Shown: piece by piece, positions 27,816 through 41,529 of the stretch
Position numbering within the stretch: position 1 is the stretch's first letter
Layout of the letters: every line of letters begins with the position of its first letter
DNA from: Phoronis australis
Taxonomy: Eukaryota; Animalia; Phoronida
Reading direction: 5' to 3'
NCBI GenBank assembly: GCA_002633005.1
Contig: NMRA01000015.1
Location: forward strand, 1,021,598-1,085,597
Length of the DNA: 64,000 nucleotides
Translations under genes and position numbers: made by a program
Notes under the pieces: generated by a model
Told to the model about the DNA's origin: nothing
Database searches by the model: none
The model's input: the letters and a program-made list of their open reading frames with translations, nothing else

Positions 27816-29429
27816 CGTCTGAAAATAGATATTCAGATAAGTTTAAGAATCACTTGCACACAACTCCATGGAATTAACCCCAGAAAATCCCTTCAGTCCT
27901 ACACATCTTGGCCCAGTGGAGTAAAGTGTCCGCAATGAAGTCACAACAATAATTCCTGGGTGTAAGAAGATGATGGTCTGTACAGAGAATTAAGTAGGGA
28001 TAGCAAACCCATTAGCTTAAAATTTAATCTTACAACCAGATTTTTAAGTCGTGTGTAGAAAGACCAACAACCATGGCCATAAGCGAAGTGATCCAGGTTT
28101 GCTGGGTAAACAGTGAATTCCCAAACCAAACAAGTGATTCTGAATAGCAAAACATTTGCGAGCAAAAATGTCAAGAGTGTTGACTGGAGAATGAGGGTGT
28201 CATGGGCAGTTATTTGAAACTTGGGTGTTATTCAGAAGTGACAATGCTATTTCTCCCAGATTTCGCCTGATTTTGAAGCCGACAGTACAAATAAAAAAGT
28301 CCCCTGCAATTCAAATACAATTTTGGTAAATCTTTTGGTACCCTGCTAATATTCACAAAATATGTACTGCAGTCGCCGCTTAAGTTAAAAAATCCTAAAT
28401 AAAGGCTTAATAAGTGACCAAATCATGGTCACCTACATTTCTAATAGTTGCTCACACCCCAGCAAGGTGCCTCTTCCCCTTCTTCGTCTTACTACAGCAA
28501 ACTTCAACAAGTTGAAGGCATTGGTGGACGTCACTCCGGAGACAATATTGTTTACAAATTAAAATTAAAGCAAATGTATATGCAGTTGAGAAGGTGCATA
28601 GTGCAGATTAAAAACAAACATGTTCTGGGAACAGTTTGAGTCGCTAATCCTATGATGGAATTAAAGCAGCAAAAAGGGTCAGCACTCACAGTGTCCTTCA
28701 TGTACAACAGAGGGAGCACTCACAGTGTCCTTCATGTAACAATCACGACTTAAAAGTTGAATCATTCTAGATGAGTCAGGCAACTGCTGTCTTTATATGT
28801 AGACATGGGGTGTAGTTGACAAGCAGCACAGGGATAAGTCACCTGTGGATGCACACTTAATGCAGTAGGCAATACATGTCAACCAATATGGGAATTATGT
28901 ATTTGCTACGTATTTTTTACCGTTTCTACGTGCCATGGCTTATAGCACGAAAATGAATTAATACGCATTTCTGCCGATGTTCATAATAAAGTTTTCAAAC
29001 TTTCACTTTTACTGGCAATCTCTTTTATTGACATAATCTCATATCTCGAGTTACCAAACAGTATAACATTTAACAACACAACACTCAAAAAGGCGGCCCC
29101 TTCAGTGCCTCAGCTCCAATAATAGCATAGGTAACTTAGGTACATGCAATGCATTTTAACACTTGACCATCTTTTGAGTCGTTGTCGTCAGAGCTATGGG
29201 TTTCTATGTTCTTTTACAAAAATAATATGGTTAGAGCAAAAACTGGTTGACAGGTATGCTCACCGCCCATACATACCGGCGATTTACCTTTTGAGTATAG
29301 TATCAGCTCAGTCAATGACAACAGACAATGCCCATTCATAACTCACAGACAGTGTCATTGACAGACTGGCACTGTCTGAACCATTGGGTGCAACAGCAAT
29401 CTGATTCCATACACAAGTTCTACAGTATG

Positions 29430-29620
29430 TTAGAAATGAGCCGAGGAAATTAAACTCAGTTCCCCGGTACGCACCGGCACCCGCACCGCATCGGGAGAGC
29501 GTCTAGTGAAGGATCTTCGTGCTTGCTACTCTCAATCATCTGTCTCCCCCTAGTGGCTGGAGACGACGTCTTTCTCAGCGTGCGTGCGCATCTCTGAATC
29601 TCCACTAAGGCGGTAAGTTC
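29430..29620. promoter_or_regulatory. CpG-rich probable promoter and first-exon region upstream of GNB1L, with a CTCF-like motif
   Basis: Local CpG/GC enrichment, TCTCCCCCTAGTGGC near 29543-29557, and a plus-strand donor GCG|GTAAGT at 29612/29613. Confidence 0.45.
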
Positions 29621-31127
29621 GTTTGAGAAATTCCTCCAACATACACTTCAGTTTTAGTGGTTCCATTTTAAATTGTTAAACTTCCCGTGATTTAAGCCAT
29701 TCAGTTTTAGTATGGAATCTTAATTCTAGCGTCCAGAACTTGTACGTGTGGCTCGTTCTGTAAATATTGAACTTTGATTTTTTCATCCAGTCGCAATCCC
29801 GTACAGTGACGTCATCAAATCGAGCCTGACACCTACCGGCGATTTGAAATTGATATCATAGAACATAGTCTAACATGTATGCTAATCATGTGGATGCAGA
29901 AATTATGGTTCTAGGTTAAAAATTGATGACGTTATGATGTTAAACTGCTATATATTCTAGTTGTGGCAGTGACACTGCTATATATTCTACTTGTGGCAGT
30001 GCTGACAAAGTACATTCAGTGCCAGTTATGATCACTAATAAAACCTTTGGACTTTGGAGCTAATGAGTGACTGGTAGTAGTTGACAAATCCAAAGGATTC
30101 TATGCTGGTAGAAATTTTCTTTTTTCTGATGCTGTCCATATTTCATAAAATTAAAAGTAAATGAATTAGGCATTTTACGGTCATAAAATCCTCAAAATAT
30201 TAATTACGGTAATTGGATTCTCCGTTTCCATCATCAACAAGAACACCAAAACCACCACCGACTCAAAATGCTTCTGATTTTGATGACACTTGTGACCGGA
30301 ACTGTTTCCTATTTTAGCCACTATGTGTCGTCACAAGACCAAAATAATTTAAAGTTGTACTTGACCCCATTTAAGCTGGCTAGATACTGATTTGTCTTGC
30401 TTCTCATCAATTGGATCTCATAATGCAAGTCACGTGCGATTACGTACATGTGCCATTTGATTTTTTGAATTCACAATTCCAGGATCAGTCAACTCCAATA
30501 AATTCTGAAGCGTTTTCGTAAGTCATTGGAAATGGAATTTTCTGTGGAATAAAAGTTGTAAAAGTCCCAATTCAATTTTTTGTTTTTAGCCTTCTAAACT
30601 GGGCGAAATACACCTTTAAGTTTTATACATTTTGTTCTTGGCAATACTATAACATAAAATTAAGATTGAGTTCAGTTTTTTGACAAGAGAATTGATAAAT
30701 GGTAATCAACCCTACATTTGAATGGACTGTTTTCATATTCAGTTCTGGAAACAAAATGGAAATTTCATACATGTATTATGGTACATTGATTTTTGACAGA
30801 AATAGACTCTTTGGTAGCTGAGTGTTGGAGTTCGTTTTAAATCAAGATACATTTTTTAGCGCAATTTGTCGGCCTGTCGAGGATTTGGAATACTCCATTA
30901 AAATCTTGGGACCTTATTGGATTCGACTAAACTGAGTTCTGTTGTATTTACCATGTAGTCTTTGTCATCCATGGCATGGTCTTATTTTTTATTAATTCTG
31001 TTTCGTTTTCAGGTTGTCATTGTGGAGTATGAAGATGCTAGCCAAATCTGAGTGCTTGGGTTCATCGTTGACCTTTGAGTACTGTGATGAGAGTCTGGTT
31101 CCGTGAAGCGTAATCTTAATAGTGTGA

Positions 31128-31218
31128 TGGCAATGATGAGACCGTCTCATCACAAGTGTGATGAGATGCTTTTATAGGAGCAACTTAGATGTTGCCATAT
31201 GAAAGATATTCTGAGCCA
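31128..31218 (+). ncRNA. Candidate box C/D snoRNA-like element
   Basis: Box C ATGATGA at 31133-31139 and box D CTGA at 31211-31214 are closed by a 4-bp terminal stem TGGC/GCCA. Length is 91 nt. No rRNA target was recognised. Confidence 0.3.
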
Positions 31219-31773
31219 AGCCTAAAGGCATGATAAGAGACTGCCACAATTATGTCATCACCGGACAGAGTTTGGAAAGATAATGGTTGTTGACACTAGA
31301 GGGGGTGGTTCCATAAAACAAAAACAATATAATTATGAATTAAAAAACTAAGAGCGTTTTTGACAATTCATCTTGAACATTTACATCAAATGAAATTTTA
31401 TTGTATTATTGCAGCTGATGTTTTATTATGAAAGTGCCTTTCTTGTTTACTAAAGTTTACTGAAAAGACATGGTCATGTGACCCAATTAATGGGAGATTG
31501 CTACAAAGTTAAAAATCTAATTCTGCTTGCTTTCTACTTTCAAAAATATATACTTTTACCAAGTTAAATTCTATGGTTTTGTTGATATTTGGCTGAATAT
31601 ACACAGACTTGTCGATAAGGTCATACGTAACCTTAAATACTCAGTACAGAGGTTTTCTATCAAGTTTAAAGTCTTTGTAAGTTATAATGTGAATGAAGTA
31701 AATAAAATATTCATGAATTTCTTTCTTGCAAAATCAATCGCACCACAAAAAATTAAAAATAGAAACTCAAATA

Positions 31774-32776
31774 CAGGGTGGTACAAAAAGTGCCCCGTTT
31801 TAGTTTTCATCTTTAATTCATAATTGTCAGGTGTTGCAGACCAGACGTGACAGACCGGACGTCAGAATCCAATTGGACAATAAACTTGGCAGCAGTGGAT
31901 AAACAAAATTGGAATACTACTTTCCCACAAAACCAGTGCCGACAAAAAAACTGATGCAGATGAGATTTTGACAGGAACAGTTTACCTGACAGGTCAATTG
32001 AATGTTTGTGGCTAAATTTCAGGAGACTGGAAATAAGAATATACTAAGGTCAGTCGTCGACCTCTTGGATATTGTTGTCATGTACCCTTTCCTTTTCAAA
32101 CCCAAGAAGCCAGGGTCGTTTTCAGTCCCGTGATTGATGTGACAGAATACTACTCGCTGTGCTATAGTAAAATTTGTATTGTGTAAGGAAACGGCTGACC
32201 TCAACATTCTGTGACGGGCAACTAGTTCAGTGATTTTCTCAGAAAATTTCTCAAGCCGTTCTAGCAAGGTTGGAAATTCTGGCTGAAAGAGGTCTATGCT
32301 GTGACCTCAACTTTTCCTGCCAAAATATAGCCTCTGTCCAGGGCTTGGAATTTTCCTCTCAAGGATTTCCTCTTTTTGGTTTTGATTTTCAATTTCCTCT
32401 TTTTTGATTATTGTGACTTTATTAATAAAAAAATGTTCATTTCAGTTGAATTTTATAACACAAGAAATATTGCTATCACATGAGCCTATTTGAGGAACAT
32501 ACATCACCTGTAATATTTCATCTTTTTTGTCATTGGTCATTCCAAGCCCTGCTCTGTTCTCTTTGTGTGAGAAGTGCGATTTTGTTAAGAAATAGAACTC
32601 GATAAAATTTAACCACTGCTCATTGTACACTCCAGTTTGATGCAAACTGATGTCAAAAGAATCGTCCAGGCCTGCGGTCTCTAACACCTAAACTTATGGA
32701 AAATATTGGGTAAGGTCATTTATTCATAGGCAAATTGAAGACTAAGTATAAATAGGGTGCTTTTTGTACCACCCTG
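31774..32776. mobile_element. Tc1/mariner-like non-autonomous element
   Basis: TA|CAGGGTGGTACAAAAAG at the left end and CTTTTTGTACCACCCTG at the right end form terminal inverted repeats about 1 kb apart. Confidence 0.65.
32339..32551. mobile_element. MITE of the same CAGGGCTTGGAAT family, nested in a Tc1/mariner-like MITE
   Basis: Same 13-bp TIRs and the same subterminal TTTTTTGTCATTGG; CTCTGT is repeated in the flanks. Confidence 0.7.
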
Positions 32777-34027
32777 AACATCTTGACATTACTCGGAATG
32801 TATTACATCACTGGCTTCAAAAGCACATCAATATAATTATTACTTCAATTAAAAGTACTAATTAACACAACTGGAAAAAGCACATTACAAAAACAAGATA
32901 GTAAAACACTCATTTTTAATGCATCAGCAGTCGAACTGCAATATAATGAACTATCTGGGGCATTTCAGAAGTTTTTGGAACCAAAGTTTGCTGTATCCAT
33001 ATGGACATGTATAGTGCAGGCTTGGGGTGTGAAATGGAATATTACAAGAAACGAACAAACATGAACTAGGTTTAACTGTCCTCATAAGCATGGCACAGAC
33101 AAAGGCCAACATACACGGCTGATTCAAATGCCTTTAAATCAACCACATAGCTCTACACCGGTTACTACTAAAGGAGAGGTAGTTAGTGAAATGGGCCAGT
33201 TGGGTATGCTCATTTAATTGCCCTACCTTCACAACTGACATGAGTTATATGGACACCGTAGTCAGCTGGCCGACCACATAGCACATCATCTAAGCAATGC
33301 TTAATAAATCAGTAGTAATCTAATACCACTTAATCATGCAACGCAGAACTGGACACCTTTCTGTTAAAAAGCTTTGTAAAAGTGATGAGATCCTCTACTA
33401 AGTCCATATAATGGGAATGCAATGTCACTGAGCTAATATCCATCACAAAAACTACAGCTGAACTGTGTTGCAATGAACCTTCCTGGAATTAGCCTAAACT
33501 GTTTCTTACAAATGATAAATGAAAGAATTGTTGAAAACCTGAACTACTTCACACCTGCTGTGATAATTCTGTTACATTTCATTAACTAGTGAAAATTGTT
33601 GAGTTTAAGTTGCTTTGTTGTGTGTCAATAACAATAGACTGAGCTTCATGCACAATATCACAGACTGTTACACAGATTACCATTACACTACTGTTACACG
33701 CAGTACCATTACACTATTGTTACACGCAGTACTGTTACACACAGTACTGTTACGCGGAATACCGTTACACTACCCGCCAAATCTATTCAGACAAAATAAC
33801 CTGGAATTCCTCATGACAGCTGGGCAAAATTCAAGCTCATCGTCAAAGTGGCCATCCCTCATGACGGAGAATGAAGGGAATTAAAAAGAAAGCACCTAAG
33901 GTGGCTATTAAAGCCATTCTGCCATTAGAATTTTGTAGCCATGATAAATGACACCAATCACCTTTGCTGTAAACAGAATATTTTGTCCAGTTACTTTTGT
34001 CAGTTACTGTAAAATATGCACACCCAG

Positions 34028-37000
34028 TCAATTCCTGAAGACGGCCAAGTTGACAGGACTGTTTCTGTTAGCTGCTTCAGGCTCTTCTGGCACACCAGAC
34101 AATACGTCACCAGTGACAGAAGCTAGTTCCTGCAAGTGGAAAGTTCAAATATACCTGGTGTACGAGCAGCCAACTGTGATACATGTGTACAGATGCTGGC
34201 TTTCTGTTTACAAAAACAATATAAAACCATTTTTTTTAAATTTTGTACACAGCAAATTCTGTTTTACTATTTCAAAATAATAAAAAACATAAACAGTAAA
34301 AATTCTTTTAACAATTTGGAACAAAAGTAATTGCTAGTTTTGGTTCCTTACAACATTGGGTGCAAATCCTTAAAATTTTGCCAAATTTGGAGACAGCTGT
34401 TCCGTACAAAACATGCTAAATAAGTAAATTTTCTTGGTAAGTTATTCATGTTGAGAATTTTGATGAAACGGATTTCATTTGTCTGCCACATTGTGTTCCA
34501 AACTAAAGAATTTTATCAGCTTTTTGCTGAAATTTAAACCATAAGAAAAATATTTTGTCTTTAGTGAAACACCGATTTCAAGTTTAAAGTGAGAAATTGT
34601 GCCAAGCGAATCGGTGTCTCAGCATTTGAGAGGGATGAAGGGGACCGCATAACACTTCATGTATGTAAAATTCACAGATCTGATCATGACCACTTGTTTT
34701 TTACGTTTCACAACAGCGTAAAAATACAGAATCACATCCTCGGTGAGCTTTAAGTCATGGTTCGTGAATATGTAAACGCCAGTTTTACACAGAGTACACT
34801 GTCTTTGAATTCCCTGCACAGTGTATTTGGAGTTGAACGATGTGTTTTATATTAAGAAAGGAAATAAAACAAAGTATCTGCTTACTCTATTGTGGTCACC
34901 ATGCATGGGTTGTGACCTCATTGCATACGAGGATCCAGGTCGTGAGAAGTGGGCATAGTCACCCATTTGAAGTGACGGGTCTTGAACATGTACCTAAGAC
35001 ACAAAGAAACGTAAAATAATGTATACACACACACACACAGTAAACCTTGCACAGTTCACATGCATAAGTTGGATTTTCACTGAAGTTCTGCAATGCAGAT
35101 ACTCTAGTTCACAGAACTGAACCTTCAGATGAGCCAGATTTCACTTTGGATGAACTTAGGGTGGATCTGACCCCAATGAGCTTTACTGTTATTGCATGAC
35201 TATCACCCAACCCTTCAGCAGTTATTAACATATTAATACTGGTATACAAAGCTGAATAACATTGAGATATACCGGTATGAGCAGGACAGGAATTAAGGTT
35301 ATCTCCAACCTTATTTAGTGGACTACATTCTAACTCGTATATCAAAAAAAACTAAGCTTTGTCAACTAGTAAAAATATATATTTTCTGATAGAACAAAGA
35401 CCAGGAAATATAAATATACTTTTTATATTTATGTTCCATTATCATTTTTAAGTTAAAACCTTTTTTAAGTCAAAATTTCATTTTTAAGAATGGTACATTC
35501 ATAGCAAAATAACCCCTTGGTTGATCTTAATGAAACCTTTTTTAAGTGAAAACTTCACCAGTTACCTCAAAAACACTTCAGAATTTTCGATTAGCCTGTT
35601 CGTTTGGTTTCTATGACAAATCAACTTGTAAAACGTAAGGTATTTTTGTAGAAAAATCGAAGTCGTGTTCATCTTTGTCACATTACGCAAAAACTAGGAC
35701 TTTCTATCAAAAATCCTATTAAACAGCCTTTTTGAGATTGATGACTAAATATTAAGTTTAGAAAGTTTCAGCGAAATCCATCAAGCCGTTTTCGAGAACT
35801 AGTGTTCCTAAGTTCAAAGAAAGTCGATTTGCTGAAGCCGAGAAAAAGCCGATTAAACTGGGACAAGTGAAAATCTCAAAGTCTTTGGTTAATTATTCTG
35901 TCACAGTGAAAACTTGTTTTCGGTACACATAACCTATACAATCCTTAACTATGGTAGCTATTTCAATGTTCACTCACAATGTCAACTGATTTTGCAGTGC
36001 GTAAATAACTTAATTATCATTAAATCTCAAACACACGTATCTTTCCCAGCCAACTTTCACTGTTATTTACGACCTACTTTATAAGTAGGTCACAGTTCAT
36101 AGCCTGTACACGTCACGTGCTAGAAGACTGATACGAAACCAAGGAACAAATGGTTTACAAAAATCGAATCAGTGGTTAAAGTATGTCGTTAGCATGAGAT
36201 CGAAACATACAAATGTCAACTTATTAATTGAATTAAGGAATTAGAGTGAGGATTTATCTCTTTTCACAACTTTCTGTGGTCATGACCACAGAGGCCTGAG
36301 GTGACTCATAGGCGACTCGTTTTCAATGCCAACAATCGTACATGTATGTATGTAGACGCACAACTCCTTTAGGATCAAAACTACGTTTTGACTTTGTTTT
36401 CACCGGCGCAATTCTATCATAAGTACACCTCGTTGGCTCAATGTTATGGAGACTGTGAATGAAAGGACTGAGGGTATACGAATCTGTTCTGTACCTGGTG
36501 GTAGATTTGATTTAATTGAAAGCCCATTAACCTTTGACCTTGGATAAGTAGTAAACAAATATCCACGCGGTTGTGCAGTTCCAAGATGGTTCTGCTAAAT
36601 CTTTCTTTTCTCGCTACGCGATATATATTTTGTATTTTGAAGTTCCCCGAGAATGAAGAAAAGGTATTTTGCTAGACACAAGTGAAATATCGTAAAAACG
36701 GCCAATTTTTGTGAATAAGGTTGGAGATATCCTTAATCAGAGGCTGTAATTTAAAAACTGGTGCTGCTTTTCTAAATCCAGTGGCTGTATTGTAAAAACT
36801 ACAGCCAGACATCGAATCCTGTTTTGAAAACACTTTATAGTTGACCTCTGAACACAATTGTCAAATTCTATACACATTGAGATGAGAGGTCAGTTTCTGC
36901 GACTGGAACTCTTGCGACTAGCAGCCGCCTCTAGTGGTCCCTGTCTGGGTTATTACAGGGGGCATTTACCTCTGTCAATTATTACGGAGTGAGCGCTAAG

Positions 37001-40000
37001 CAAAGTACAGCTTACAAACTATTTCTTTGAAAAGTCAGATGAACCACCTACAGTGCAAGACAAAAGTAATGAGACAAATATCCTTCCCCCGTCATCACAG
37101 CTAATTCTGTTGAGAGCAAAAATGACCGGTAATACCTTGTTTAGGGTGGCAAAATTCTCATAGCAGAAAGCCTTAACCACCTTACTAACTGTCCTGTTCA
37201 TTCATCTTCATTCTCAGTCAGCAGGGGAGACTACTACAACAATGAACGTGGCTTCCACCCATCTGTCGCGATGGGGAATTCCAGGTCATTGTGTCTTAAT
37301 ATTTTTGGCTTGAACTGTATTGTCAACTTGAACTAACAGATTTACTCAACTAAATGAACTGTTAGTAACAGGTAAAAAAACGGCAAATTTACCTTTTGGA
37401 CAATTTTCAGTTTAATAAGATCGTTCTTTGATGTTCTTGAGCAACCAGCAGCTGAAATAACAGGGTATACAAGTCACTTTTTCCAGATTTAATGTATTTT
37501 AATTTAAGCAATGGGTAACAACGATATGATGCTGCTTTTAAAGAGCAAAATACGGCTGTAAAAAGAATAAGCTTTTCACACCAGAGCATGGCTTATAGTA
37601 CCTGTAAACCAAAGATCAATATAATTTAAACAGGTCATACTTTTGGTCAAATATTCAGTAACTAGTCTTACCTGCAAAAAATGACCAAATGGAATCTAAC
37701 GCAGAAGCAAAATCAGCAGCTGTCCTGCAAAATGAGACAAGAGGAACTGAAACTGTTCTAGCAATACCGATGTGTTTTGGGAAAAGATGTAAGCAACGAC
37801 ATTTTTTGATAATGTAAGAGATGCCATTTTTAAAAGTCTCCACTATTATGCACTATTATGTACTATTATGCACTATTATGCACTATTCGAGCTTGGTTCT
37901 ATTAATAATGTACAATACTAGTATCCATCCATAAAGAAACCGTTAAAACCAATTTTGAAACAGTTAGTCGCTGAACTGGACTTTTATCTGCTATTCCTAC
38001 TAACTACATAAAACTTTGCAAGTGAGCCTAACAGAATGTGATACTATCTGAGTTACTACATTGCTGTGCCTCAAGGCCCTTGGGACCGTATATCCGTACT
38101 AATGTCTTTTTTTGCGGCCGTTTTTTACTCAAAAGGTTTGCATATTGGTGCATGCGCTTAAGTTTCGCCTATATGCGCAGTTCCACGGAGACACCCATGG
38201 GCCAAATGGAGCGGCAATATGGTATAACCAAGGATGTGCACCGTCAAACCAAGTCACGTAAAAATTTTCATAAGGGCAAGCTTTTGTGCAATGTGAGTGC
38301 CTGTATCCACAGCAGGGCCTGTACACCTACATGCACCTATGCAAAACATAAGAGGGAAAAATTTTGGTTGAATAAGCGCATTATGTCAAATTTAGGCACA
38401 TGTTGCTAAACAGGAGTATATATGATAAGGAATCAAAACATTTTAAAAGCCAAAATCAAAGAGCTAAAATAATAATCCTTGCTGCTACAATTGTGACTTA
38501 ACTCTTTCACAATAGAGCTTCTTTAGAAATGCATTTCCCAGAGCCAATCAAATTTTTTAGGGGATTAGGAAAATAGGGTGTAATTCCTAATTGATTTCAT
38601 AACTGTAACTGGACTAAGTCAGAACTTAGTTTTTTGGATGGTAGGCTGGTCTATGGTAGCTTTAAAGTGGAACTTGCACATTGATTCTTTATCTCTGTGA
38701 TTGCTTCGTGAAGTTAGTTAGAAACGCAACATTTAGTGACGATGTAAATATGAAGTACGTTGAAAATTGTCAAATGTTTTTAACAGTTTTGGGTCACAAA
38801 TGGTCCACTGTAAATCACTCAACTGTGTCCAGTAAGTATCGTGACCAGGTGTTGAGGAATAACACTGCATGAAGTGGGCTATGTGAGCCCCCAAGATACG
38901 CCATTAGTTCAAAGGTCACGTATGTGCAGAATTTTTTGTTTTCACATTTACAAGTTGTCAATGAATACAGCTGCAACTTGTTTAGCATAGATGATGTTCA
39001 AATAGCATTGTCGTTTTAGGTCCTGATATACTTTAGCATAGTTAGGAGCATGTAAATACAGATTTAATTCGTCTGTTCTCTAAATACAGGAGTCTATGCA
39101 GCAAAACATTTGTACAAAAAAATTCAGTTTATACTATTACAAAATAATTTTTATAATTATCTTTAAGACTTTGCACATATAATTTACCTCCCCTGACTGT
39201 CTTTAAGTGACAAGTCAGGTTTGTATTCCATTAACGTCATGATGACCTTGCCGTGACCTTGAAACGCTGCACAGTGTATTGCTGACCAGCCAGTGCCATT
39301 GTTTTGTAAGTTGATATTAGCTCTGCAACAAAAATGAGCAGTTTGTATTCACAGTGGTAATTGGCATCTGATGTTTGAAGTTTTTATTATCATTGGTGAA
39401 TCTAACAACTGAACAAGTAGGAAACCTAAAATAAAGTCAGAAATATGCCCTCAAAATTGCTTTCTGTCAGTTAATAATATAATCTTTGTGATTAGTGTCT
39501 TCCTGCCCAAGTGCTTTCTAAAAGGACTACAAATAAGGGCAATTCTTTTAAACAAGCATCATCGTACTGAAATTTCATCCATAATGAAAAGCTACTGCGA
39601 TCATTTATCTGAGAGAGGTCAACGGAAAATCATCCATTCTTTCCATTGCCACTTCTATAATCAATACTTCAAACACCGAATACTTACAAACCACATGTTA
39701 CTTTATACCGAAAGTTATGCAGCCCAAAACCATTCAGACACAGAAATTGAACTTCCTAATGATTAATTTTGTTACAACTACATGTCCACTTTTCTGTGTG
39801 CTTTACAGATGAAGAGTTATAGTAATACTTAAGACTGCATGCACAATGTCAATTTCAATCTGCAGGTTCAAGTAGCATAGAGTACTTGGTAATGTTTTTT
39901 GAGAGCTTGAGCAAATCAAAATATCAGCATTAAACGGAATACTTCATCTACCACTGTGCACTTTGCCATGTTAAACAAACTATACAGTGTTCACTGCAGT

Positions 40001-40129
40001 TTACCCATTTTTGAGTAACTCCTTCACAATTTCTGCATATCCCCAGAATGCTGCTACACACAGAGCCGTCATTCCATCACGAGATTTCTCATTGCAGTCG
40101 GCGCCTTCCCTCACCAATGTTTGCACAGT
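34028..40129 (-). CDS. Uncharacterised ankyrin-repeat protein (about 3 ANK repeats plus a C-terminal tail); N-terminal coding exon not located
   Basis: Exons 40129-40005, 39322-39188, 37724-37672, 37451-37393, 34993-34886 and 34129-34028 join in frame (193 aa plus stop). ANK motifs include DGMTALCVAAFWGYAEIVKELLKNGANIN, GWSAIHCAAFQGHGKVIMTLM and KDSQGRTAADFA. The tail contains FSRPGSSY and GDVL. Confidence 0.85.
37841..37887. repeat. 10-bp tandem repeat (CACTATTATG)n
   Basis: About 5 copies. Confidence 0.85.
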
Positions 40130-41529
40130 CTGAAAATCAACAAAGAATGAAAGTGCTATTAAGGAACAACACCACTGAAGTTAACAAAAACATTCATTGT
40201 AACAGTTAATTTTTTTAACACCGGTTAACAACTTAGTTTACTCAAGGTGAAATGTAGATTTTAATATCACAAATTTTGTGTCAGATTTTATTTGGCCAGT
40301 TTTTTACCAAGATGCAAAGATGTATATTCAGGATACAACATTGCGCTGCGCCCCAAGGCTATGGCACCCCCTGTTAAAAATATCAAGTAAATGAATATTC
40401 GTGCAGTTTGCTGTTCTAGTCGACTATACAATTATTTGTCACGACCTTATCAACAAGATATCAGAGTCCCATTCTCATACATTACCCGCTAATAGTCACT
40501 GTTTTTAATAGGAAACCCAGTGACTACTGTTCTTGTCAGTAAACCAATCCTTAACCCTTATCCTGCACTAGGCGAAGTCAGCCAATTATCCTAGGAACTG
40601 AAATAGGGACTGCTCGAAGAAAAAGTTTGATAACGCCATCAGATAACGGGAGTACTAGTATTTGTTCAAGTTGGAAGGAATTAAACACATCGACAACCTC
40701 GTAAGGTATTCCTCTAAGCGCAAAAGGTATTTATAACAGCGTGACTTTGATGTTTTAGTCGGTGCGAGGCATAATTCGCCGAAAAGCTTCCGGCGTATGG
40801 AGCGCCTATAGGAGCTGCTGTTGGCCCGACCAGAGGCGATGGTCATTGCCAATGCCATGGCTATGTTCCACCGGGACAGGTTGCTTATTTCAGTTGTTCA
40901 GTAGCGAAGCCTTACCCGTAAATCTCCGTTTGCAGCAGCTGAAGTTAAAGCCATAACAGATTTTTATTTTAGATAGGGCATTCCGTGTGAGAACAGACAG
41001 AAACTTTAACTTGAAAACGAAAACAACCGGTTGACAAAGATTCACTGACAGTGGGTCGCCATGTTTTTAGTGCCTTCGCAGCGCCTCTGGCGTCCGACCT
41101 TTGCATCGCCCTGCTGTGTGTGTGGTGTGGTGTACGTGAACTTGGAATTCCATGATAAAGCAAAGATCTTGAAACTGCCAAACCCGGTACGTGAACTTGG
41201 AATCTTGCGTGAACTTGGAATTAAGCGGCTGCCTGGCACACAATCACAGAACAAGGCGCTTGGGCTGAAATCGTTACTGAACCGGGCGGGCCACGGAGAG
41301 AAAAGATTTCTAAAAAATCGAGATCAAGCTCCCGTGGCCTGTTCATGAATGGTTAGTACCTAGAGACTGGAATAAAAAATCATTTAAGGACTGTATTGTT
41401 ATTACATGTTCCCTCAGTCGGCACCGGGCATTCAAGGTCATAAGCCCTACGGCTGAGGTGGCCATTTGAATCGTACTGTCGGCGTTTCTTTGTTGCTGCC
41501 AAATAAAGCTTTGAAATTAGTGCCTGGTT

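Noticed and set aside
29430-29570. Structured ncRNA (snRNA, RNase P/MRP, SRP, U3) suggested by several GC hairpins
   Set aside because: No diagnostic conserved motif was recognised on either strand; a CpG-rich promoter explains it.
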